Shown here in pieces: positions 37,178 to 50,032 of a DNA stretch of 64,000 nucleotides; position 1 is the first letter of the stretch; the number at the start of each line of letters is the position of its first letter. Below the pieces are notes generated by a model. It was not told where the DNA came from. It worked only from the letters and a program-made list of their open reading frames with translations, and made no database searches. A program made the position numbers and the translations under genes. Origin of the DNA: Stegostoma tigrinum (Eukaryota); NCBI RefSeq assembly GCF_030684315.1, contig NC_081369.1:10020035-10084034 (forward strand), written 5' to 3'.

Positions 37178-38885
37178 ATGCCTTACGCATCCATCCCCTA
37201 CCAGGATGGTTTCAGGGTTCTCCACGTCTTCCTGGAACAAAGGCCTGAACCATTCCTATCCATCACCAGTCTCCTCTGCCCAGCCAAGCTCGCCCTCACC
37301 CTGAACAAAGTTTCTTATAACTCTACTCACTTTCTTCACGTAAGAGGGTTGGCCATGGGTACCTGCATACCCCAATTTTGCCAATCTTTTTGTGGGATAC
37401 ATGGAACATTCCTTGTTCCAGTTCTATTCCACACCCATCCACAACTATTTTATTTTTTCCCCAGTGTATCAATGATATCATTGGTGCTGCTTCCCTCTCT
37501 CATACAAAACTGGAAAACTTTTATCAATTTTGCCTTTAATTTTCACCCCACTCACCCCTTCATCTGGTCAATCTCTGACCGCTCCATTCCCTTTCTTGAT
37601 TTCTCTGTTTCCATTTCTAGGATAGCCTGGCCACTTATATCCACTAGAAACACATGAACTCACACAGTTAACTTGACTACATCTCTCCATACCCCGATTT
37701 CTGTGAAGACTGAGTTCCATTCTCACAGTTCTTCCATCTCCATCGCATCTATTCTGATGATGCCAACTTCAACAAATGAGCCTCTGAACTTAATTCCTCA
37801 AGTGAGGATTCCCCAGCTCTATTGTTGACAGGGCCCTCAGTCGGATCCAACCCATCTCCCACACTTTGGCCCTAAACCCCTCTCTTCCCTCCTGCAACAG
37901 TGAGAGAGACCCCCTTGTCCTCATCTACCATCCCACCAGCATCCACATCCAGAGGATCATTAGTTGCCATTTCCGCCACTGCCAGTGAGATGCGACCACC
38001 AGACATACACTCCTTTCCCCTCCATTATCAGCCTTCTGCAGAATTGCTCTACCCAGGACACCCTGGTCCACTCTTACATCAAACTCTCGCACCACCGCAG
38101 CCTCATGGTACCTTTCCCTGTAATTGCAGGTGCAACCCTTGCCTGTTCACTTCTTCCCTCCTCAATATCTAAGGGCCCAAACATATTTCACAGATGATGC
38201 AGCACTTCACTTGCACTCCACACAACCCCTAGTTTGCTACATTCACTGTTCACAATGTGGTCTGTTCTATGTTGGGGAGATGAAGTGTAGACTTTGTAAC
38301 CACTTTGCAGAACCAATGTTCTACGCGCAAAATAGAACCTGAGCTTCCAGTTGCCTGGCACTTCAACATGCCACTCTATGCCCCAGGCAACATCTCTGTC
38401 TCAGGCTTGCTGCAGTGCTTCACCAAAGCTCAGCATAAGCTGGAAGAACAGCACCCCTTTTTTTGTTGTCTATGGAGCCTGTAACCTTCTGGGTTCAATG
38501 TGGAGTTCAATAACTATGGCTTGAGCTGTCCCGTGTCCTTAACCCAATCCAACACACTAGGCCTTCTTATCACATGGTCTGCTATTACACACAATCCATT
38601 GTTAGCCACTAATAGTCACCATTAATAGCTATTCACACTCCTATCCAGGTTGCTGTCTAGTTCCTTGTCTGTCCAACTGTTGTTTTCCCTCTTTGGGCTC
38701 TGTCCCTATCTATCGTCTATTCTGTCCACCCTCCCCACACCATATTCTGCATAAAAACTAACAGTTTCCTAGCTACCAGCAGTTCTGAGGAAGGATCAAT
38801 CAACCTGAAACATTAACTCTGATTTCTTTCCACAGATGCTGCCAGACCTGCTGAGCTTTTCCAGCAACTTTTGTGTTTGGTTATC
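37178..38885 (+). mobile_element. degenerate Penelope-like element (RT + GIY-YIG + pLTR)
   Basis: YASIPYQDG, GLAMGT, decayed YIDD (atcaatgatatcattggt), IPFLD, CYIHCSQCGLFYVGEMKCRL, and a pLTR at ~38780-38880. Confidence 0.85.
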
Positions 38886-41419
38886 TTTTGCAGTGATCTG
38901 TGGTATCCTACCCAAGCTCTCACCATGGTAAGAGATGGTATAACACTCATCTGGAGCTGGTAGTAAACTTGTGTCTCCTGGTTCAGAAACAGCAATACTA
39001 CAATTATGCCACAAGAATCCCAGAAGGAAACAATATATATCCCGTCTGTACACGCTGTGAATCATTGTCTCATCAGACTGCAGCTCAAATGAACACAACC
39101 TAAATTTAACATTCAACAAACTTCCCATAGCTGTTTTTTTTCCATCATTGATCCATTACAACATCTTCCTAGCCATAATGGTAGAATAAAAGCGATAACA
39201 AAGGCATGATTGCAAACCTTTTTATCCAATTATCCATCCAATATTTCATACAAAAAAATTGCCTTGCGCATTGCCACTCAAAAACAGTTTCACTAACTTG
39301 GACTTGGGTCTGTAATTTTAGGAATTTCTGGATTTGAAAAAAAAATCCTGTTGAATATCTCACTTTTTTCCTTGATTAAATAAATTAGCCCTTTTTTGTT
39401 GATTTGTTAACGAGATGACTGAGAGAATCTAAGGCAATAATGGACCATTTATCTTTCCTCACCTTTGACTCAGAGACTCCCATGTACAAATCCCAGTGTT
39501 CATCCAATTTTGCCTTCCATCCAACATTGGCAAATAGTCAAAAAATCATCTGACTGTCCTCAACTTACTAATATTACAGAAGGTGTCAAGCCTCAAGGTA
39601 AAAAAAACAGCCAAAGCTGTCAGTAAAACTATTTTGTTGAGCAAGGATCTCTCAACGTGTACAATAATTAGAAGAGTAGATTATGCAGCTTCTTGACAGT
39701 GACAGCCTTGTCAGTTACAGTCTTAAGACAATGACTCTTCGATGCCATTCAGAAAGTTCATGGCTGAGCTTTCGCACAAAATCCGTGTTCCCATTCTACT
39801 CCCAGAGTAACTGATTTCCTTAGAATTCAAACATTTTTTTTATTTTCAGTCTTGAATGTATTCAACAATTGAACATCCAGAGGCCTCTAATAATTATGCA
39901 AAGCTTATCAATGGTTTCAGATGCTACAGCAAATATGTCAATACCCTTCAAAATAACCTAACAAAATTCAGGAGAAAGAAAGTAATTTCATTGTGGCAGG
40001 CAACTGCCAAGAGAAAAACATTTCTCATTTCAACTCTCATTGGCTGACTTCTTCCTTCTCTGACTATGAGTTTAGAAGAGGAAGAGACAACTTGATTGAA
40101 TCACACAAGATCCTGGCAGGCTTGATCAGGTGCATGTGAAAAGAACGTTGCCATTCTGGAAGTAGTGGTCACTTTCAAAATAAGGGCACATCCCCACTTA
40201 AAATATAGGTAAGGAGAATATTTTCTCAGAGTCTTGCGTCTTCAGAATTCTTTTCCCCAAAATGCAAGTGCAGCAGAGTTGAGGAAAGTGAAGATAGGTG
40301 AGAATTTAGAGTAATCACATCAATCTTCATTTTATTCAATGGCAGAGTAGGCTAGACGAGTCAATTGCCTTACCCCAGTTCTTAATTTATGTTGACATAA
40401 CCAAGAATTTCAAAAGTTTCAACGAAAACACCCGCATTTTTTAAAACTTGAGAATATAGGACAAGTTTACACACATTGGCTCATGGAATTAACTCTCATC
40501 TCAGGAATCAATCCAGTGAACCTTTAAGACAAGTATTTCCTTCAATGGGTCACCAAACACTTCAGGTGTGGTCACACCAATGACATGTAAGAAGGCAACA
40601 AAATGTCTTTACTGTTGCAATATTATAATCCCTCTTGAAATGCTTATTCTGTCTCTTGTTATGTAGATGCTTCTATTCCTTCAAGAATCATAACTATTTG
40701 GCAAAAGTGTTTTTTTTTTACTAAACTTGACCAACACAGCAAAATTACTTTCTTCTTCCTTAATAAGTGATTTTGTTAGTTTATTTTGAAGGGTATTTAT
40801 TTATTGTCACATCTCAAACCATCAGTAAGCTTTGCATCTTAATTGAATAAATCCTGTTTAATGAAGAACAAATAAATAAAAGAAAGCTAGATCATGCATC
40901 TGCTTTCTAAAACAAATAGATTAATATGTACAACTGGCTTTATCAAAAATTGGGCAAAATATTTTCTCACATATGTTGTGATCAACTGAGTAGTGGGACT
41001 AATCAGACAGCAGTCCTCCCAGCTCAGTTGTAACACTGTATGTCTTGTGCTCACTCTTGGACTGTAACAATCTCGACTCAGAAAGCTACACTCTCAATCA
41101 CGAGCTACGTATCAACTTGGTTTTCAGTGTGTATCAATAGTTAATTTGATAATTCATTTTTGCAAAGGGCGAAAGCGAGAAAGGAGTAGAACACCTTTAC
41201 TTTTTTTGAATCACGCAGCAACATCAAGACTCCTTGAACAGGCAATTATCTTTCTTTTCTACAGCCTAGTTAGATGCAAAGAAATTATTTGAATTCCCAA
41301 CCTCAGAATTGTCAATCTTCTCACACATTGTTGAGATTTTTATTACACAGGCCAATTATTTTTTCTGCTTCTTGAATGAGACCACCATCTTATATTTAAT
41401 GAATACCTAATATTTGATG

Positions 41420-41650
41420 TGGAAAAAGTAAAGCTGTCATAGTCCCAGAATACCACAGGTCTGCTCTTTCATTTAAGAGATGATGGATGGTGGATGGTGG
41501 ATTTAGCCTGAAGATCACCATATGTCAAGTGAGGGAGAGGTCGAAAAGTCAAGATCCTCATGGTCAACTCAGCCAGTATGAGAATTGAACCTGCAATGTT
41601 GCTGTCACTCATCATCACAAGCCAACCATTCAACCAACTGAACTAACCAA
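41420..41650 (-). mobile_element. tRNA-derived SINE
   Basis: Minus strand begins ggttagttcagttggttg (A-box) and has ggttcaattc (B-box). Confidence 0.6.
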
Positions 41651-42387
41651 CCTGCATACTAGAATGCAGAATAAAACAAAGAAGCACTCTTGCCTTCCTA
41701 CTCACATGCCTTCCAGCAACCTGCTTCCAAGCAAAAGTGGCAAAGGATTAGCAATAAATGGCTTATCCCCTGTCTCAGCTAAGGGGCATGGAAGAAATTC
41801 AGAACAAAGAAATATTAACTGAAGGAAACACCAGAGAATGTACCAGAATAACTTTCAGGATTATTCCACAATTACATATGCAAGCATACACTAAAATCTA
41901 CACCTGTCAATCCAAGGAATTACTCTACTGTCACATTCAGTCTCCAAAGTGTTTGAAATTTAGAGGACACCACCACAAGAAGCTTCCAGCTGGCAGAATG
42001 TAGATGGGTGATCATGAACAGAAGCTATTAACAGAGAGACAAGGGAAATTTAAGGCTTAAGTCAAGATGACTATAGAAATGTTTTCAATTTAGCAAATTA
42101 CAACTAGTCCAAGAATATTTTAATTACTGTTACAGTAGATTGATAAAGCAACTGAGACTCAAACAATTTCTGACAAGCCAAGTAAGTCTTTTAATGAATG
42201 AACAAAGCCACTGTCAGCCCATGAGAAGTGCAGTCATGATCTTACTGCCACCATCACATGTCTGATCTCAGAAGGTACTGGTACACATCTCAGAAAAGGC
42301 TCAAACAGTACGGGTATATCATTTATCATTTTGATACTTTATTTCATATTAGACTCAAAGGATTGGGTAGCAAATGCAGATGTGTCA

Positions 42388-42549
42388 TCATTCATAATAC
42401 ACAAAGGAAAAGTCCCAGAATCCCCTTGTCTCATGTGCCTTCTTGCACTGACTGATGCTTCGCTGGTTAACGTGTTTCACAAACTTGAGTGTTTCTTTAT
42501 CTCGGTAGATCAAGGCCAAGGAATTGTCTTCTGGGCAAAGGGTAAGTAA
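42388..42549 (-). CDS. OGFOD1: OGFOD1 prolyl 3-hydroxylase, last coding exon
   Basis: tttcag|[31 protein letters not shown]...[11 protein letters not shown] matches the vertebrate OGFOD1 C-terminus. Confidence 0.96.
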   Translation of the reverse strand, partial: LLTLCPEDNSLALIYRDKETLKFVKHVNQRSISQCKKAHETRGFWDFSFVYYE

Positions 42550-43189
42550 CTGAAATGCAACAGAAACAATTAACAAGGTTTTTAAATTGAGTCACCACTT
42601 AATTTCTTCTTTTCCTCTTCTCTTCACTACCTTCTTATACCTCTTCTCTGGTTAATATGAGAGGCATATGACAACTTACAGCCTTTGATATTTTGCTATT
42701 AGTTAGTAACTTGCTGGTATGGGCACTGAGACAGTCTCGGATGTTCCACGTTTTGCATCTTCACCTCACTGGAGTATTAAACGTTCATTTTCTATATCTG
42801 TCGGTGGCATGGTTCCATTCTCAGCCATTTAGCTAAAACTAGAAATCTAATGTACAGATAATAACATTTCGAATCTTGCAGCACAGCACAGGGATGAGTT
42901 TGGTGTACTTCAGGGCACCCACTCATCCAACCCAAATGTACCACCGATGTTGTAAGGTCCTTCATGTAAGTCCACATTGTCCACTTGAAGGGACGGGTAA
43001 CATCACCACCAATTGTTTGTGTTACGCATTCGTTAGTTGCATTGCAGTTGCCATCGCAAATGGAAAAATGCAGAAAAACTTGGCTCACAGAGGTCTGTCT
43101 TTAGCTAAAACTGAGTGTTACTTGGGCAACCAGTCTATTTAGGCTTTTTAAAATTGTGTGTCAAATACAATGTATTATTTGTGATAGAG

Positions 43190-44435
43190 GGCATGGTTTT
43201 TAATGTCAGGGAGTTCACGCCTCAATAACTCGATTGAGATTTTGAGGAGGTGATGAAGATGAATGATGAGTGAAAAGCTGTTGTATTGCTGACATGGACT
43301 TCAGTAAATCTTTGACAAGGTCCCATGGCAGACCGGTACAAAAGGTGAAGTCACATGGTATCGCAATGAACTGGCAAGATGGATACAGAACTGGCTTAGT
43401 CAGAGGACACAGGGTAGCGGGTAAGCATGTTTTTCAGAATGGAAGGTTGTGACGAGTAGTGTAGGGGGCCTCTACTGTTCGTGGTCTACATAAATGATTT
43501 GGAGGAAAACGTGGACGATCTAATTAGTAAGTTTGTGATGATGCAAAGACTGGCGGAGTTGTGTACAGTGAGGAGAATTGTCAGAGGATACAGCAGGATA
43601 CAGATCAATTGGAGGCATGGGCAGAAAAGTGGCAGATGGAATATAATCCAGGCAAATGTGAGGTGATCCATTTTGGAAGGTCAAGTACAGATGGGAATTA
43701 TACAGGTGAATGGTAGAACCCTTAGGAGTATTGATATGCAGAGTACTGTGTGCAGGTCCACAGACGGTGGCAGCGCAGGTAGATATGGTCGAAAAAATGT
43801 CTACAGCATGCTTGCCCTCATTGGAAAGGGCACTGAGTATAAGGACAGAAAAATTATGCTGCAGCTTTAAAGAACTTTAGTTGGGCCACACTTAGAATAT
43901 TGCACACAGTTCTGGTTACCATACTACCAGAAGGATGTGGAGGCTCTGGAGAGGGTACAGAAAAGGTTTACCTGGATGTTGCCCGGTATGGGAGATTTTA
44001 GCTGTGAACAAAGGTTGGCTAGACTAGGTTTGTTTTCCCTGGAATGCAGGAAATTGAGGGATAACCTCATAGAAGTTCATAAGATTACTAAAGGCATGGA
44101 TAGAGCGGAAAGTGTGAGGCTTTTTACCAGGATGGAGGGGTCAATTACTGGGGGCAACAGGACCAAGGTGCGAGGAGGGGGTGAGTTTAAAAGAGATGTG
44201 CAAGGCCAGTTTTTCACACGAATGGTGCTGGGTGTCTGGAACACGCCACCAGAGGTGGTGGTCGAGGCAGACACAATAGCAGCATTCAAGAATCACCTGG
44301 TCAAATACATGAATAGGAAGGGAATAGAGGGATATAGATCCTTTGAGTGAAGATAGTTTTAATATAGTTGGGCAAAATATATTCACACAAGCTTGAATAG
44401 CTGAAGGGTCTGTTTCTGTGCTGTACTGTGCTTTG
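43190..44435 (+). mobile_element. CR1-type LINE fragment in OGFOD1 intron
   Basis: VYINDLEE, ALERVQKRFTWMLPG, and a 3'UTR. Confidence 0.88.
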
Positions 44436-44689
44436 TTCTCAAGCAAGTGCACAGAGAAAGGTAACAAAATAATCTATTTTGGGTGTCCAATCACCTAGGT
44501 TAGCATTTGCCTTGGATTACTATTAGATTATTTTATAACTTCATCAATTTCACCATTTCACCATCACCTCCCACGTGAGATGTAGGGTACTCCAGGCAAG
44601 AATCCATGCAATACTAAAGGTCTACTGCTCATTACAGGAGCTGTTTTCTGACTATCTTCCCAGGTACATATAAAATACGTCATTGTAAT

Positions 44690-44920
44690 ATTATGAAAAA
44701 CAGCAGGAGAGTTCTCCATGAAGTTCTGACAAATATTTACCCCTCAATGAAAATTGCTAAATCTGGCTGTAGTCACTGCCATTTTTAGAAGCTGCTGTGC
44801 ACAGATAGGTTGCAAAATTTTCCTACATTATAATAGTCAATTCCACTAAAAATCACGTCATTGATTGTAAAGGGCTACAGGGCATCCAGAGATCATAAAC
44901 TTATTTAATTACAAAGTTAC
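44690..44920 (+). mobile_element. Deu-domain-type SINE fragment
   Basis: aatatttacccctcaa...gctgtgcacagataggttgc...cctacattataatagt...cattgattgtaaag. Confidence 0.55.
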
Positions 44921-44965
44921 TACTTTTTCTTCACTGATTTGAAATTCAATAAACATACAGCATAC

Positions 44966-45024
44966 CTCCTCATCTTCTTCCTTAGCGATATATGAAGTAA
45001 CACCACCAAATTCCTCATTCCAGC
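44966..45024 (-). CDS. OGFOD1: OGFOD1 exon
   Basis: 59 nt, AG/GT, GWNEEFGGVTSYIAKEEDEE. Confidence 0.95.
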
Positions 45025-45094
45025 CTGAAACAAAGAAAAAGATGCATGGTGACCTTCCTAATCAGCTTCCTTTTTGATACCTTGTTTACCTCCA

Positions 45095-46205
45095 AGGACA
45101 TAGGAAGAAGCATCGAACCTGCCACACCATTCAATAAAATGACAGTGAATCAAATATTTCAGTACCTCTTACCATTCCATCCCTATGGGTAATTAGAAAT
45201 CGAAGGAACCCTATGTTAAACATGCTCAAACACTGAGCTTCCACAATGATCTGTGGTAAAGAATTCCAAAGATTCACAGTTCTTTGGGTCCACATCTTGG
45301 ACCCAAGTAGCATTCCTCTTTTTTTAAAATCGTGCTTACTGGTTCTGAACTCCCCAGCCAAATGAAACATCTTAACTGCATCTACCTTGTCCATTTGTTT
45401 AAGTATTTTGTAGGCTTCAATGAGATCATCGCTTGTTCTGCAAAACACTTGAGAATATAGACCCATCTTGACCAATCCTTCTTCACAGGACAGTTCTTTC
45501 CTGTGAACAACTGACCTTTTGTTGCATTCCCTCTGTGGCAATGATACGTCTCCTGGCATATGGAGACCAAACATTGTTGGAGTCTCACCAAGCTCCTCCA
45601 GAATTGAAGCAAGACTTCATTACTCCCATATACAAACTGTCTTTGCAAGCTTGGCTAACATTCTATTAGTCTTCCTAACAGATTGCTGCAGCTCCAAGTT
45701 AGCCTTCGGTAATTTACGGACAGGATACCTTGATCCCGTTGTATGTCTACACCTTCCAACCTTTTACCATTTAAATGACACTGTAAATCTGTCTCTCCAA
45801 CCAAAGTGGATAACCTCACATTTTTCCACATTATATTCCACCTGCCATTGTCTTGCCCATTCACTAAACCTATCCAAGTCCTCTTGTAGCTGATTTACAT
45901 CTTCTTCACAACACACATTCCCTCTTAGTTTTGTATCCGCCCCAAATTGGGAAATATTACATTTGGTCCTAACCTCCAAATCATTAATACATGAGAACAG
46001 CTGATTCAAGTCCTGACCCTTGTTGTACTTACAAGTCACAGCATGCCATTGCAAGAATGATTCATTAATTCTGATTCTGTTTTCTGCCTGTTAATCAGTT
46101 TCTAATCCAGGCGGGTCCATTAGCTCCAAAGTCATTCTGAAAATCTATGTATACTATGTCCACCAACTCTCCTTTATCCATTTTGTTAGTAACATCTTCA
46201 AAAAC
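45095..46205 (-). mobile_element. old CR1-type LINE fragment
   Basis: INDLE..FGADTKL..WQVEYNVEKCEVIHFG, and DLIEAYKILK. Confidence 0.85.
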
Positions 46206-46356
46206 AAAACGACAACATTGAACCAATCCTATGTAAGAAATAATTTTATGTCATTGAGAGAGACAGAGAAATTGGCTGTCCCAGTCATCTGTGTTACAGT
46301 GAGCACCAACTATCCTAAAAAGGTACCACAGCATTTCTAGCTAAGAGACCTCACAG

Positions 46357-46816
46357 AAGTAGAACAGAACATAGAACAGTACAGCACAGGCACTTCAGCC
46401 CACCGTGTTGTGCCAACCTATTATCTACTCTAAGATCAAACTAAACTGCCTACTCTTCATTTTACTATCACCCATCCAATCCTATCCAAGAGTGGCTTAA
46501 ATGTCCCTAATGTATCCAACTCTACCACAACTACTGACAGTGCATTTCCTCCACGCACCACTATCTGTGTAAAGAACCTACCTCTTTAAACTCCCCTATA
46601 TCTTCCTCCAATCATGTTAAAATTATGCCCACTCGTGATAGTCTTTTCCGCCATGGGAAAATTGTCTCTGGCTATCCACTCTATCCATGCCCCTCACCAT
46701 CTTGTACACCTTTATCAAGTCACCTCTCATCCTTCTTCGTTCCAATGAGAAAAGACCTAGCTCCCTCACCTTTGCTCATAACACCTGCCCTCCATTCCAG
46801 GCATCATCCTGGTAAA
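46357..46816 (-). mobile_element. CR1 3' end, split by a younger CR1 (continues 49477-49530)
   Basis: (agaacat)-type tail. atcctggtaaa resumes as aaatctcctgtgc...ccttcctgtaatgagg after the insertion. Confidence 0.82.
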
Positions 46817-49476
46817 CGGCACTAAATGACATAGGGTCAGAAGATGTGGAGTCTGTGTGGGTGGAATTCAGGAACCACAAAGGCAAATAAACTATAATGG
46901 GAGTTATGTACAGACCTCCTAACAGTGATCAGGACCAGGGGCACAAGATGCACCGAGAAATAAGTAGGGCATGTCAGAAAGGCAAGGTCACGGTGATCAT
47001 GGGGGACTCAATACGCAGGTGGATTGGGTGAATAATGTTGCTGGTGGATCCAAAGAAACAGAATTCATGGAATGTTTGCAGGATGGCTTTTTTGGAACAG
47101 CTTGTGATGAAGCCCACAGGGGAGCAGGCTATTCTGGACTTAGTGCTATGTAATGAGCCAGACTTTATAAAAGACCTTAAAGTAAGGGAACACTTGGGAG
47201 GCAGCGATCATAATATGGTAGAGTTCAGTCTGCAGTTTGAAAGAGAGAAGGCAAAATCGGATGTAATGGTGTTACAGTTAAATAAAGGTAATTACAGGGG
47301 CATGAGAGAGAAATTGACGAAAATCGACTGGAAGCAGAGCCGAGAGGGGAAAACAGTAGAGCAACAATGGCAGGAGTTTCTGGGTGTAATTGAGGACACA
47401 GTACAGAGGTTCATCCCACAGAAAAGAAAGATTATCCGGGGTGGGATTAGACAGCCATGGCTGACAAAGGAAGTCAGGAACTATATCAAAGAAAAAGTGA
47501 CAGTCTATAAAGTGGCCAAGCGCACTGGGAAATCAGAAGATTGGGAAGGCTACAAAAACAGACAGAGGATAACAAAGAGAGCAATAAGGAAGGAGAGGAT
47601 CAAATATGAAGGTAGGCTAGCTAGTAATATTAGAAATGATAGTAAAAGTTTCTTTCAATACATAAGAAACAAACAAAAAGCAAAAGTAGATGTTGGGCCG
47701 CTCCAAATTGATGCTGGAAGGCTAGTGATGGGAGATAAGGAAATAGCTGAAGAACTTAAGTACTTTGCGTCAGTCTTCACTGTGGAAGACATGAGTAGTA
47801 TGCCAACAATTAGGGAGAGCCAGGGGGCAGAGTTGAGTACGGTAGGCATTACAAAAGAGAAAATGCTAGAAAAGCTAAAAGGTCTAAAAATTGATAAATC
47901 TCCTGGCCCCGATGGGCTATATCCTAGAGTTCTGAGGGAGGTGGCTGAGGAAATAGCGGAGGCTTTGGTTGTGATCTTTCAAAAGTCACTGGAGTCAGGG
48001 AAAGTCCCAGATGATTGGAAAATTGCTGTTGTAACTCCCTTGTTTAAGAAAGGATCAAGGCAAAAGATGGAAAATTATAGGCCGATTAGCCTAACCTCGG
48101 TAGTTGGTAAAATTCTAGAATCCATTGTCAAGAATGAGATTTCTAAATTCCTGGAAGTGCAGGCTCAGATTAAAACAAGTCAGCATGGTTTTAGTAAGGG
48201 GAGGTCATGCCTGACAAACCTGTTAGAATTCTTTGAAGAGGTAACAAGTATGTTAGACCAGGGAAACCCAGTAGACGTTATCTATCTAGACTTGCAAAAG
48301 GCCTTTGATACAGTGCCTCACGGGAGGCTGCTGAGCAAGGTGAGGGCCCATGGTGTTCAAGGTGAGCTACTGGCTTGAATTGAGGATTGGCAGTCTGACA
48401 GAAGGCAGAGAGTTGGGATAAAAGGCTCTTTTTCAGAATGGCAACCGGTAACGAGTGGTGTCCCGCAGGGTTCAGTGTTGGGGCCACAGCTGTTCACCTT
48501 ATATATTAATGATCTGGACGAAGTGACATTCTGGCGAAATTTGCCGATGATACAAAGATAGGTGGACAGGCAGGTAGTACTGAGGAGGTGGGGAAGCTGC
48601 AGAAAGATTTAGACAGTATAGGAGAGTGGTCCAGGAAATGGCTGATGAAATTCAATGTGAGTAAATGTGAGGTTTTGCACTTTGGAAAAAAGAATACCGG
48701 CATGGACTATTTTCTAAACGGTGAGAAAATTCACAAATCAGAAGTGCAAAGGGATCTGGGAGCGTTGGTCCAGGATTCTCTAAAGGTTAACTTGCAGGTA
48801 GAGTCCGTAATTAAGAAAGCGAATGTAATGTTGTCGTTTAGCTCAAGAGGTTTGAAATATTAAAGCAGCGATGTGCTTCTGAGGCTTTATAAGGCTCTAG
48901 TTAGGCCCCATTTAGAATACTGTCCAATTTTGGGCCCCACACCTCAGGAAGGACATACTAGCCCTGGAGCCTGTCCAGCGGAGATTCACACGGATGATCC
49001 CTGGAATAGTAGGTTTAACGTATGATGAACGGCTAAGGATCCTGGGATTGTACTCATTAGAGTTTAGAAGGTTGAGGGGAGATCTAATAGAAACTTACAA
49101 GATAATGTATGGTTTAGAAGGGGTGGACGCTAGGAAGTTGTTTCCGCTAGGTGGGGAGACTAGGACCCGTGGGCACAGCCTTAAAATTAGAGGGGGTAAA
49201 TTTAAAACTGAAATGAGACGACATTTCTTCAGCCAGAGAGTGGTGGGCTTGTGGAATTCATTGCTGCAGAGTGCAGTGGAGGCCGTGACGTTGGATGCCT
49301 TCAAGGCAGAGATCGACAAATTCTTGATCTCAGAAGGAATCAAGGGCTATGGGGAGAGTGCAGGGAAGTGGTGTTGAAATGCCCATTGGCCATGATTTAA
49401 ATGGCGGAGTGGACTTGATGCGCCAAATGGCCTTACTTCCACTCCTATGTCTTATGGTCTTACGGTCTTATGGTCT
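46817..49476 (+). mobile_element. young 5'-truncated CR1 LINE (APE endonuclease C-part + RT)
   Basis: [53 protein letters not shown], with few stops or frameshifts and a (tatggtct)n tail. Confidence 0.96.
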
Positions 49477-49585
49477 TAAATCTCCTGTGCAGCCGCTATA
49501 GCTTCCATATCCTTCCTGTAATGAGGTGACGTAATTCTGAAGTAATCACAGAGTAAATCATACCTGGCAGCAGAAGAAATGTGTT

Positions 49586-50032
49586 TGTAGCATAACCAAG
49601 AAGGCACAGCATTCCAGAAGAGACAATGTGTGTGAATTTAGAGAAATTAAGTTTTAATTTATTGTTGTCTTATTAATTAGGTATATATCAGTGGGACTTG
49701 TGTTTGTTTGAACAGCACACGACTAGAATTGTGTTTTCTTCGGGATTAGGTCAGTTAAAAGAACAATTAGCATTTTGGGAAGAATTGTTCGGTTTGATAG
49801 TAATTCTAGTTGTTCACTGTTAGTGCTAGATGAAATAAATTGTTAATTTTACTCAAAGTCAAGATCAGGCGTTTTCTTTCTTTAACCAATCTTTAGATTA
49901 CAAGGGGAAAGGCTTCTCTCTGTGTTTTGGGGGTAATTATTCAAAGGGAACCTCCACTCCCATCATAAAACAGATTGGGGCTTATGTTTTGGTCTAATTA
50001 TCAGAGGGGCTGAGCTAATCCTTCTCTGTAAC
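49586..50032 (+). mobile_element. possible LTR-retroelement remnant
   Basis: TGT...ACA termini and a PBS-like ttgggggct after an internal LTR-end-like string. No coding sequence. Confidence 0.25.

Noticed and set aside
47035-48378. Longest ORF (447 aa) as a host gene
   Set aside because: It is CR1 ORF2 (endonuclease-RT) from a 5'-truncated copy with stops and frameshifts.
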